A DNA stretch of 59,933 bases from Herpetosiphon giganteus (GTDB lineage Bacteria; Chloroflexota; Chloroflexia; Chloroflexales; Herpetosiphonaceae): NCBI RefSeq assembly GCF_016907925.1, contig NZ_JAFBCZ010000018.1, positions 64,001 through 123,933 on the forward strand, read 5' to 3'. The notes beneath the pieces are model-generated. The model worked only from the letters and a program-made list of their open reading frames with translations, was not told where the DNA came from and searched no databases. This document shows, piece by piece, positions 1 to 8,443 of the stretch (position 1 is the first letter of the stretch; each line of letters begins with the position of its first letter). A program made the translations under genes and the position numbers.

Positions 1-70
1 TATTAGGGGGTGCTGGGGGATGAAAACCCCCGGCGTTTCCCTCCGGCGGAGGGACGGAAGGGTGGCGAAC
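1..70. repeat. 66-70 bp structured dispersed element, copy 1 (truncated by window edge): ttagggggtgctgggggatgaaaacccccggcgtttccctccggcggagggacggaagggtggcgaac
   Basis: Identical sequence recurs at 35768-35837 and 35989-36057. It contains hairpins gggggatgaaaaccccc and ccctccggcggaggg. Confidence 0.8.
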
Positions 71-180
71 CAATACCTAATTATGAGCAATTGTCGATTA
101 CAAATCAATTGACAAAGAACCGCAATCAACATAAAGCCTACCCTCATCAGGAAACTCCAATGGTACAATAGCCGCTGCTG

Positions 181-1071
181 ATGTGTAGATTGGGGCTGGC
201 GATGCGACGAAAAAAACCATTAGATTGGGCAACTCTTGGGCCAATTGCGGTGCTTTTGGGCTTATTGCTGTTAATTGTCAACCAGCTTAATCAACCAAAA
301 ACTCGTTATGCCCCGCTAGGTGCCTATTTCAGCGATGCTGCTGCCAGCGTGCCGCAAAGCCAAGTTACGCCACTACCCCCAACCACCTTGCAAGCGATTG
401 AACAAAGCAACACCGCCGGAAGTTCCAATCAAATCGATTTGGTGCTTGAAACCGAGCTGTATCAAGACCAAAGCAACGAATTGGCGGGCGAGTTGCAAAC
501 AGCGCTCGATTATGTTCAGGAGCGCACCAATATTCGCCTCAATGAACGAGTGACCGTCGTCATTAGCCAGGATGCCCAATGTGGTTTTCATGGCGTGACC
601 TACTCCGATGTGCGGGTAATTTACATTTATAGTTGCGCTGGGGTTGCTCGCAGTCGCGTCGTCAATATCGCCGCTCACGAATTTGTGCATCAATTGCAAC
701 AAGATCGCTATGGCGCTGCCCATTTGAGCGCCGACTTGGCGCTGTCCGAGGGTTTTGCCACGTGGGGCGCGGGCCGCTATTGGCTTGGCAGTGCCAACGA
801 TTTTAGCAGTTTTGCCCGCGACTATCGGGCCAACGGCCAAGCCTTGCCGCTTGCCACGCACTACGCCAACGTTGGGATCGACGGCATGAATGTGCTCTAC
901 TATCAATGGGCGAGCTTTGTCGATTATTTGATTAACAGTTATGGCCGCGAAGCCTTCGATCAGTTGTATGTTTCTGGTGGAGAGCGTCAGCCTGGTGCTG
1001 CAAATTATGCGGCAATCTACAATCGCTCCTTTGGTTTGTTAGAGGCTGAATGGCAGCAAACACTCAATTAG
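181..1071 (+). CDS. Membrane-anchored hypothetical protein with an HExxH (HEFVH) zincin-like motif; putative metallopeptidase-like
   Basis: 296-aa ORF with an N-terminal hydrophobic segment (IAVLLGLLLLIV). Single HEFVH motif; family not recognised. Alternative start at 202 (MRRKK). Confidence 0.45.
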   Translation: MCRLGLAMRRKKPLDWATLGPIAVLLGLLLLIVNQLNQPKTRYAPLGAYFSDAAASVPQSQVTPLPPTTLQAIEQSNTAGSSNQIDLVLETELYQDQSNELAGELQTALDYVQERTNIRLNERVTVVISQDAQCGFHGVTYSDVRVIYIYSCAGVARSRVVNIAAHEFVHQLQQDRYGAAHLSADLALSEGFATWGAGRYWLGSANDFSSFARDYRANGQALPLATHYANVGIDGMNVLYYQWASFVDYLINSYGREAFDQLYVSGGERQPGAANYAAIYNRSFGLLEAEWQQTLN

Positions 1072-1113
1072 GCCGTGCTACAATGGCCCAAGCAATTGTT
1101 CTAAGGAGAGTCT

Positions 1114-2016
1114 ATGCAACCGCCGTTTGGTCCAAATTTGCTTGAATTAGGCCCGATTATTATTCGAATGTATGCGATTGCCATTTTGAGTGGCGCGATG
1201 ATGGGTGGCTGGTTGGGTGCGCATCGCGCGCGCGCTCGTGGCTATAATCCCAACATCGTGTGGGATTGGTTGATCGTTGGCTTGATTTTGGGCGTTGCCG
1301 GGGGCCGAATTTGGTATGTCGCCTCGTCGTGGCCGCAATATCGCGATGGCCCATTCATCGACATGATCAACACCACCAAAGGCGGGCTGGCAATTCACGG
1401 CGCAATCGTTGGCGCAGTGCTCACGGTGATTATCGCCTCGTGGCGCACCAAAACCAATGCCCTGACATGGATGGATATTATGGCTCCATGTTTGAGCGTT
1501 GGCCAAGCAATTGGGCGCTGGGGCAATTTTTTCAACAACGAAGCCTATGGCGGCCCCGTCAATAATGGCCTGCCTTGGAACTTAAACATTCCCGCCCAAT
1601 ATCGGATTCGTGGCACCGAACAATACGATGCAGCAACCCGCTTCCACCCAACCTTCCTGTATGAATCATTCTGGAATTTGGGCGTGTTGTTCGCAATTGT
1701 GTTTATCGAGCGCCGCTTTCGGGGCCGCTTGCGCAACGGCGATTCATTGCTAATCTACGGCGTGCTCTATTCAATTGGCCGCTTCTGGATCGAAGATCTG
1801 CGGGTTGATAAGCTGTGTACTGGCGGGGTTGGCGGCGCTGCCTGTGGCGATAGCCTTTCAACCGCCCGTTTAACCAGCATTGTTTTGATTGTGGTTTGTA
1901 GCAGTTTGTTTGTGCTGCGCCGCGCCTTACAACGCCGCCCACCAGCCAGCAGCTACCAACAATGGGATAATCCTTGGCAACCAGATCCAAGCGAGCCAGC
2001 CAAAGCCGCCGCTTAA
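1114..2016 (+). CDS. lgt: Prolipoprotein diacylglyceryl transferase
   Basis: Lgt signature GNFFNNEAYG and multi-TM profile. RBS aaggagag 6 nt upstream of ATG. Confidence 0.85.
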   Translation: MQPPFGPNLLELGPIIIRMYAIAILSGAMMGGWLGAHRARARGYNPNIVWDWLIVGLILGVAGGRIWYVASSWPQYRDGPFIDMINTTKGGLAIHGAIVGAVLTVIIASWRTKTNALTWMDIMAPCLSVGQAIGRWGNFFNNEAYGGPVNNGLPWNLNIPAQYRIRGTEQYDAATRFHPTFLYESFWNLGVLFAIVFIERRFRGRLRNGDSLLIYGVLYSIGRFWIEDLRVDKLCTGGVGGAACGDSLSTARLTSIVLIVVCSSLFVLRRALQRRPPASSYQQWDNPWQPDPSEPAKAAA

Positions 2017-2151
2017 TCAGCAATAGAGCTTGGGGTTACTGCCTCAAGCTCTTTTTGCGCAACAATCAGCCCCTAAACCACGTACCTTTTGCAAGATTTT
2101 CTCCCAATTCTGGCCATTTTCTGCGATGTTCTTTTTGAGAAAGGGCTTATT

Positions 2152-3525
2152 ATGTTTGGCGTTTTGCGTGGGTGCTCGCCGCACCTCGATCAATCAACCC
2201 ATGCCGCTTGGTGGAGCCATATTTGTGGCATGTGCCTCACATTGCGCGATCAGCATGGCCAAGTTGCCCGCATCACCACCAATTACGATGCGGCCTTGCT
2301 TTCGGCGCTCTACGAAGCGCAACGCCCTGAACAAGGCGCACGGCGCACGAGTGTTTGTGCTTTGCGCAGCTTTCGGGCGCTCGATGTGGTAGCGGCTGAT
2401 GATCATGGGTCGCGCTATGCATCAGCGGTCAGTTTGCTGATGGCAGCAATTCGGCTGCGGGATAATGTGGCCGACCGCGATGGCTGGGCTGGCAAAGTGC
2501 CCTTCGTTGCCAATGGCGTGGCCAAGCGCTGGGATAAGCAGGCAGAGCAAACCGCCCGTGAATTGGGCTTTGAGCCAGCTTTATTGCGCGAACAAGCAGT
2601 TGCCCAAGCAGCAGTCGAAGCCTTGCCCAACGCCGATTTTTGCACCTATTCAGCGCCAACCGAGGCCGCTGTGGGCGCGGCCTTTCGGCATACCGCGATT
2701 TTGGCCAACCAGCCAAGCAACGCCGAGCCGCTGGAGCATATGGGCCGCATGTATGGGCGCATGATGTTGCTGCTCGATAGCTATGGCGATTTTGCCGAAG
2801 ATCAAGCGCGTGGCCATTTTAATGCCTTGAATGCTACGCCCCAAGCCGAATTGCGTACCACCGCGCATAAAATTTTCAACGATGCCTTGGCAAGCTTGCG
2901 CCAACACTGGCAACGCTTAACGCTTTTGCAAGCGCATTTGGTTGAAGTGCTGTTGCTGAATATGTTGCCAGCAATTGGCTCAAAAGCTTTTGGGGCTTGC
3001 AAACGCCATAGTTTGGTCTGCGCTACTGCATTGCCAGTGGCCGCCGCCTTGTTGCCAGCCATGGCCAGCGATTACGACGACGACCCTTCGCGCCGCGACC
3101 CCAACCGCGCCTACACTGGGCCAACACGAGCGCTCAAACCCCACGAAAACCCAGAGTATCAAGGCCAATATCCACAACAACCGCCCTACCAAGGCCAACA
3201 ATATCCTTCACAATATCCGCCACCGTACAATCCCAACGATCCAGGGATGTTACCACCTGGCACGTTGCCGCCAGCCAGCTCGCATCCAGCGCCGCAGGGC
3301 CATTATCAAGATAGCAAGCGCGATGTAGCCTTAGGTGCGGCCTTGTGTTGCTGCCAAAGCCGCCGCCATTCGCATCGCTCGCGCAGCCGCTGTTGTGATA
3401 GTGATTGCTGTGATTGTTGTCAATGTTCATGTTTATGTTGCGATGCAGCTGATCTATGCGAAGGCGGCTGTAGCTGTTGCGAATGCGGGAGTTGCTGCGA
3501 ATGCGGGAGTTGCTGCGATTGCTAA
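2152..3525 (+). CDS. Three-part protein: DUF5685-like N-domain (MFGVLRGC...HICGMC), Pro/Gln/Tyr-rich linker, and a 59-aa metallothionein-like tail with about 26 Cys
   Basis: Start moved to the MFGV methionine inside ORF 2089..3525. The N-terminal MFG-x-RxC...CGxC pattern matches my recollection of DUF5685. Tail reads CCCQSRRHSHRSRSRCCDSDCCDCCQCSCLCCDAADLCEGGCSCCECGSCCECGSCCDC. An 18-bp unit gaatgcgggagttgctgc is tandemly duplicated at 3478-3513. Confidence 0.55.
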   Translation: MFGVLRGCSPHLDQSTHAAWWSHICGMCLTLRDQHGQVARITTNYDAALLSALYEAQRPEQGARRTSVCALRSFRALDVVAADDHGSRYASAVSLLMAAIRLRDNVADRDGWAGKVPFVANGVAKRWDKQAEQTARELGFEPALLREQAVAQAAVEALPNADFCTYSAPTEAAVGAAFRHTAILANQPSNAEPLEHMGRMYGRMMLLLDSYGDFAEDQARGHFNALNATPQAELRTTAHKIFNDALASLRQHWQRLTLLQAHLVEVLLLNMLPAIGSKAFGACKRHSLVCATALPVAAALLPAMASDYDDDPSRRDPNRAYTGPTRALKPHENPEYQGQYPQQPPYQGQQYPSQYPPPYNPNDPGMLPPGTLPPASSHPAPQGHYQDSKRDVALGAALCCCQSRRHSHRSRSRCCDSDCCDCCQCSCLCCDAADLCEGGCSCCECGSCCECGSCCDC

Positions 3526-3591
3526 ATTAAAAGCTAACCCCGCCATGCGTCTAGGCTGCATGGCGGGGTCGCAGTGTGTATCTGTAAGTTT

Positions 3592-4038
3592 TTAGGCGCG
3601 AGCAGTAATTTGGCGGCCAGTCAAGCGTGGGCTGAGCAAGTTGTCGAGCGCCAATGAGCCTGAACCAAGCAAGACCAAGGCAAGGCTTGCCCCAATCAAA
3701 GCCAACACATATTCGTAGCCACCAGTTTGTGATGAGAAGCCATTTTCTAAGTGCACAGTTACCAAGGCCACAACCATGGCAATTGCTTCAGCCACTGCAA
3801 CATAGCGGGTAAAGAGGCCGAGAATCAACATAATCCCGCCAATCAGTTCAGTCGCAATCAACAAAACTGCCATAAAGGTTGGCGCTGGAATCCCAAGGCT
3901 GCCCAAAAAGACAGCAGTGCCTTCAATCCCACCATTGAATTTTTCCCAACCATGCATAAAGAAAATAAAACCAACCACAATTCGCAAAATAGCGATCCCA
4001 AACCCTGGCTTATCGAGTAATTTATTGATACTTGCCAT
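3592..4038 (-). CDS. DoxX family membrane protein
   Basis: 148 aa, 4 TM segments, MHGWEKF motif typical of DoxX. RBS aaggag upstream. Confidence 0.7.
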   Translation of the reverse strand: MASINKLLDKPGFGIAILRIVVGFIFFMHGWEKFNGGIEGTAVFLGSLGIPAPTFMAVLLIATELIGGIMLILGLFTRYVAVAEAIAMVVALVTVHLENGFSSQTGGYEYVLALIGASLALVLLGSGSLALDNLLSPRLTGRQITARA

Positions 4039-4354
4039 GACCGTGTGCTCCTTTCAAGCAGAGGTGAATTTCAAACCTCGGCCACTATAAAGCTAGATAG
4101 TCCGAAACAACGTCCTTGCCCACGTCCCAAAGGTCAATAAAAGATTAATAAACGATGAAGTAGCGATGAAGATTGCTGAGAATTCCAGCTAACAAACTTA
4201 ATTTTAGCCACACCCACGCATAAACGTGCGCAAACAGCAAACCAAAAAGCCTTTAGTTCGCAATCATTCTTGGGACATCCACAGCATGAAAAAGCCCCTC
4301 ACACGCTAGGCATGCGCGGGGTTGGGGTAAGCTTACAAAAGGAAGTTATGAAGA

Positions 4355-4488
4355 TCCCCTCACCCCAACCCCTCTCCCATTCGATGGGAGAGGGGCTTTA
4401 ATGTCGTAGTTTTTGCATGATTGGTGGTAAAAACGGGTGCTCCCCCTCGCCCGCGTCAAGTGGGAGAGGGGGTTAGGGGGTGAGGGCA
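4355..4488. repeat. REP-like nested palindromic element: cctcaccccaa + cccctctcccattcgatgggagagggg ... ccccctcgcccgcgtcaagtgggagaggggg + ttagggggtgaggg
   Basis: Two internal perfect or near-perfect hairpins flanked by outer inverted arms. Lies immediately 3' of the FTR1 gene. Related elements at 43941-44033, 48588-48633 and 59803-59853. Confidence 0.7.
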
Positions 4489-4496
4489 TATTCAAT

Positions 4497-6827
4497 TTAT
4501 TTGGCAGGGGCACTTTGGCGTTTAACCGCAACATCGGTTTTGCGATGTTGCAAGTGCTCGGCAATCACATACGAGCCAATTACGAAGGCCGCAGCCGCAA
4601 CTTGTGAGGCAATGCCTTCCCACGTTGCATAGAAGCCTAGCCACATATTGGCCCAATACGGAATTTCAAGGCTGCGAATTGGGTGCAGCGGCATCCAACC
4701 AACCAATTGCATAATGTGCACCGTGTTGCCAACCATAATCAGTAGCACCGCGCCAATCATCACGCCAGTAACGATCAGCATTTTCTTATGCGGTAATTTG
4801 GCTTGCAAACCAAAGACCAGCACGCCAACTAAGGCTGTGCCGCCAAGGCCCAGCGCAACCCCGCCAAGCACCACTTGAGTGCTGGCTTCGAGCACCAGCG
4901 CTTGCAAAAAGAGTACGGTTTCAACGCCTTCGCGATAGATGCTGGTAAAGCCCAAGGTTATCAAACCTAGCCAAAGCCCAGCTTTGCCGCCGATAATTCG
5001 GCGTTTTTGGGCATGGAAATTGGCCATCCAGCCTGTCCAATAGACTTTGTGGAAGAACCAGTTGGTGATCAACAGCAACACGCCAATCGCAATCAACGAA
5101 ACAATCGCCTCGATTTTTTCTTGATCGCCACGCCGAATCAGTTCGTTGATCAGGCCGCGTGCCAGCAACCAGGTCAGTACAGTAGCCACCATCGCCAAGA
5201 CTGCGCCAATCCAAATTGGCTTGCGATACGTGCGTTGTTCGCCAATTTTGAGGCTGGCGAGCAACGAGGCCAAAATCAATACGGCCTCTAAGCCTTCGCG
5301 GAACACAATCACGGCAGCGCTGGTAGCCACAGCTTCTGGGGTGCTGGAGCCACCAAGGGCATCTTGCGCCAAATCAAGTTGTTTATCCAAGGCTTGGCGG
5401 CTGGCGCGAATATCGCTCAATGGCGCTTTTTGGCGAATCAACTCTGCAAGGCCAGTAAATTCGTCTTTGCCATACCAAAAAAGGTTTTCAATGGGGGCTT
5501 TGTATTCTGGCGCAAATACAATCAAGCGCGCTTCTGGGCCAGATTCGAGCACAGCGTAGGCTTCCAAACGCGCCGATTCGGCCAGATCATATTGATCGCC
5601 AGCAACAGCATTTTCCATTTGATCGAGCATTGAATCGATCACATCGAAATCGCCTTCGAGGCTCGATTTTTGCCACTCGGCGGGCATGATTGAAGCCAAG
5701 GTTGTGTTAATGCTATCAATTTTGGCTTGCACTGCATCGGGTTCGGCGACGCTGGTGCGTTGAGCCGCAGCGGTCAGGATTGTTTCCAATTCGCGTAGAT
5801 CGCTGGCAACTTGTTGGGTTTTAGTTGGATCAATTTCGACCAACAAGCTTTCGAGGTCGCTGAAGGCAGCAGCAGCACCATTGCGGAAGGTCGTGGCTTC
5901 TTGAATTTCGAGGTCAAGTGTGACTTGGCCGTTGCGCACGCCACGTTCATATTCAACAGGCACAAGGCTCAAGAATCGGCGCAATTGACCAGCGCGGCGC
6001 ACTTGTTCCGCTGGGCTTAGTGGAGCCGCCCGAAAGCCGCTGAGCGAGCCTTCAAACGTTGTAATTGCCGTTTCGAGGTTGGTGTTGCTTAGCGCTGCTT
6101 CGCGCAAGGCTTGAGCATTGGTTAATGCACTATCAGCTTTATCAGGATGTTGCCCACGATAGGCTGGCTCTAAAATATTAAAATAGCCTTGAATTGCTGC
6201 GCCTGCCTCTGCTTGTTGAATCCGATTGCCTTTTTGGGCAGCGCTACGCAGGGTGCGCAAACTTTCGTTAAGTTTGGCTTGGTAGGTATCCAACAAATCG
6301 GCATCGAGGGCAATGCGAGCATCGGCGGCGCTATAGGCTGCTTGTTTCCATTGCTCGATCGCGCGGGCGGCATCGCCGTTGGGGCGTGAAAAGCGGGTCG
6401 CATTGCGAAACTCGCGGACTGGCAGCCATTGCAAGGCTTGTTCAGGCTTGCCGGTATCGATTGCTTGGCCGACGATGCCATAGCTCGCTTTGAGCAAATC
6501 AATCCAGAGCAAGGCGCGCTGTTGAGCAAAGGCCGCAACATCGTTCGCAGCCAAGGCTTGATCTAAATCTGCCCAGCGTGTGGCGATTTCAGTAGCCTGT
6601 TGGGGAGCCAAGCTGGTCAAATCCTTGGCCAGCGCTTGATCATATAAGGCTTGGGCTTCGCTGACCAAACGTTTGGCGTTGGCAGCATCAGTTGTGAGCG
6701 ATAATTGGGCTTGCACCAACAACGAACGCACCGATTCGCTGGCCTGGGCTGGTGATGGTTCGGCGGCCATGGCCGACCATGGCAATAAAGCAACGACCAA
6801 CGCCAGCAAAAAACGACGCAACCACAT
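4497..6827 (-). CDS. FTR1/EfeU-family high-affinity iron permease fused to a ~540-aa N-terminal secreted helical domain
   Basis: C-terminal half has two RExxE motifs (REGLEAV, REGVETV) in a 7-TM region. Signal peptide MWLRRFLLALVVALLPWSAMAAEP, so start is placed at the MWLRR methionine within ORF 4497..7010. Confidence 0.75.
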   Translation of the reverse strand: MWLRRFLLALVVALLPWSAMAAEPSPAQASESVRSLLVQAQLSLTTDAANAKRLVSEAQALYDQALAKDLTSLAPQQATEIATRWADLDQALAANDVAAFAQQRALLWIDLLKASYGIVGQAIDTGKPEQALQWLPVREFRNATRFSRPNGDAARAIEQWKQAAYSAADARIALDADLLDTYQAKLNESLRTLRSAAQKGNRIQQAEAGAAIQGYFNILEPAYRGQHPDKADSALTNAQALREAALSNTNLETAITTFEGSLSGFRAAPLSPAEQVRRAGQLRRFLSLVPVEYERGVRNGQVTLDLEIQEATTFRNGAAAAFSDLESLLVEIDPTKTQQVASDLRELETILTAAAQRTSVAEPDAVQAKIDSINTTLASIMPAEWQKSSLEGDFDVIDSMLDQMENAVAGDQYDLAESARLEAYAVLESGPEARLIVFAPEYKAPIENLFWYGKDEFTGLAELIRQKAPLSDIRASRQALDKQLDLAQDALGGSSTPEAVATSAAVIVFREGLEAVLILASLLASLKIGEQRTYRKPIWIGAVLAMVATVLTWLLARGLINELIRRGDQEKIEAIVSLIAIGVLLLITNWFFHKVYWTGWMANFHAQKRRIIGGKAGLWLGLITLGFTSIYREGVETVLFLQALVLEASTQVVLGGVALGLGGTALVGVLVFGLQAKLPHKKMLIVTGVMIGAVLLIMVGNTVHIMQLVGWMPLHPIRSLEIPYWANMWLGFYATWEGIASQVAAAAFVIGSYVIAEHLQHRKTDVAVKRQSAPAK

Positions 6828-7076
6828 ACAAGCTCCTAAAATTGTGGTTTGCTGCTGCTCACAATGGGCAACAGCAAAATAAACCGACAAAGGACGTGAA
6901 CTGTATGCCAACAGTTCACGCCCTTTACTGCTTAAGTTTTGTGATGGAGGGACGCACACCCAAACTCCATCGACCTTGCTCCGGCGCAACTTCTTTCTCA
7001 CTGAGCGCATAGGTATACCTGTGATACAAGCAGTATACCTATTTTGGTTCGATTTGCGAATCAGTTCGGGAACCGA

Positions 7077-7095
7077 TTTTTAGCCTAACCTACAA
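7077..7095 (-). promoter_or_regulatory. Candidate DtxR/IdeR-type iron box half-site (minus strand reads gTAGGTTAGGCTAAaaatc)
   Basis: 13 of 19 positions match the IdeR consensus TTAGGTTAGGCTAACCTAA. The left half is perfect and the right half degenerate. Located between the imelysin-like gene and the FTR1 gene. Confidence 0.25.
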
Positions 7096-7103
7096 TTTTT
7101 AGC

Positions 7104-8183
7104 TTATTCGCTAATTTTCACGTTCAAGCGAGCAGCAATTTGGCTAACTTGGCCGGTAATTGCATCGGCACGATTTTGGGCTTCAGCACCAAGCAAATCG
7201 GCTTCTTCAGCGGTAAAGCGTTGGCCAGCTTGTTCTTTTTTGTGCACATCGGCAACAAAATCGCGCAGACCTTGTAAGTTGGTCTTGATTTGGCGATCTT
7301 GGTCGGCATCGAGCGTAGCAATTTTGGGGCTAAGGCTGTCGTAGACAACTTGCAAGCTGCCCAAAATATCGCCAATGTCGGCCAAACGTGAGATCGCCAC
7401 GAAATCGCGTTGGGTGCTGCTAGCGCCAGCAACAAAGCGCGAGTTCTTCCACGAATCGAAATATTCGTTCATGGTTGGCACCATCACGACCAAGGCGCTG
7501 AAGGCATCACTGTCGGTTGGTTCCCAGGCTTTGGCGGCGGTATCAAGCTCGGTTGCGGTGGCTTTGAGCTTTTGGGTGGCAGCCAACAACACATTCGCTT
7601 CTGGCAACGATTCGCCAAATTCAAGCGTGCCGTTGCCGTTGATATCGGCTTCAACATCGGTGATGCGGAAAGCATCGTAGGTGCCCCAGAGCGTGCTTTC
7701 GGTTACGCCAAACAAGTTGCCTGGTTTGGCAACCGTGCGACCATCAGCCAAGCTCAAATCGTAGTTGACCACGCTATCGCCGCCTTCTTCAGCCGAAGCG
7801 CCAGCGTCAAGCGTTACGTCGAAATCGGCCAAGCTGCTTACGCCTGCAACGATCCCTTCCATTTGTTCGTAGGTAGGGCTGGATTTCAACCAAGCTGCTT
7901 TGGCATCGTTCAAGGTCGTGCCAACCTCAGCTTGCTTGCTGCTCCAAAGCGTTGCATAATCGAAATTAGCAGCTTTTGCCAAATCATAATAGCGTTGGCT
8001 AGCGGTTTCCAAAGCGGTGGTACTGGTGATCAAATCGCCAGTTTTGCCCAAAAGATAGGTCTTGATTGCGCCAAGTTCGCCAGCGGCGGCGGCTTGGGTT
8101 GGTTGCGTGGTAGGAGCAGCTTCTTCAGCACCACAGCCGAAAAGCACTGCCACGAGCGTTAATGCACAAAGCCAACGATACAT
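7104..8183 (-). CDS. Imelysin/EfeO-like lipoprotein, iron-uptake associated (putative)
   Basis: Lipobox LFGC after start MYRWLCALTLVAVLFGCG (start moved from TTG at 8207 to ATG at 8183, RBS ggagg). Directly upstream and co-directional with the FTR1 permease, as in EfeU/EfeO systems. Family assignment is by overall resemblance only. Confidence 0.45.
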   Translation of the reverse strand: MYRWLCALTLVAVLFGCGAEEAAPTTQPTQAAAAGELGAIKTYLLGKTGDLITSTTALETASQRYYDLAKAANFDYATLWSSKQAEVGTTLNDAKAAWLKSSPTYEQMEGIVAGVSSLADFDVTLDAGASAEEGGDSVVNYDLSLADGRTVAKPGNLFGVTESTLWGTYDAFRITDVEADINGNGTLEFGESLPEANVLLAATQKLKATATELDTAAKAWEPTDSDAFSALVVMVPTMNEYFDSWKNSRFVAGASSTQRDFVAISRLADIGDILGSLQVVYDSLSPKIATLDADQDRQIKTNLQGLRDFVADVHKKEQAGQRFTAEEADLLGAEAQNRADAITGQVSQIAARLNVKISE

Positions 8184-8291
8184 GAGCCAGAAACCTCCAA
8201 ATGCCAAGGTTTAGTTAAATCATTTAGTACGGAAAAAACAGTTTTTATTGTGATTGGCAGAGTATACGTCGCGCTATTGGTTCTGTCAAAC

Positions 8292-8305
8292 GAGAATGAT
8301 TCTTA
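8292..8305. promoter_or_regulatory. Candidate Fur-family box (gAGAATgATTCTta, 7-1-7 inverted repeat)
   Basis: Palindrome in the divergent region between the imelysin-like/FTR1 operon (minus) and the CNNM gene (plus). About 10 of 14 positions match TGATAATnATTATCA. Confidence 0.25.
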
Positions 8306-8443
8306 GATTTAGCTGCCGAATCGAGCCTAAAGCTGCGTCAACGCGAGGCCAAGTCAATGGTACAATTTGTGATATTACAGCACAAGGAATCCCACTTAAG
8401 AACCTGTGCTGGAACATTCTATATTTGAGAAAGGAACAATTGA

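Noticed and set aside
373-906. 177-aa minus-strand ORF, and the 77-aa ORF 320..553 (+), inside the 181..1071 gene
   Set aside because: Fully embedded in or antisense to a longer ORF that has an HExxH motif and a TM segment. No RBS. Composition typical of GC-rich shadow frames.
2030-2392. 120-aa ORF and the upstream extension 2089..2151 of the Cys-rich protein gene
   Set aside because: The family-typical N-terminus MFGVLRGC begins at 2152. The extension lacks an RBS and overlaps the lgt terminator region.
7040-7076. tRNA-like GGTTCGA... T-loop motif and imperfect hairpin
   Set aside because: No cloverleaf can be built. It is probably a weak terminator or operator region between the imelysin-like and FTR1 genes.
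7410-8162. 250-aa plus-strand ORF
   Set aside because: Antisense to the imelysin-like lipoprotein gene, which has a lipobox and operon logic with the FTR1 gene. No independent support.
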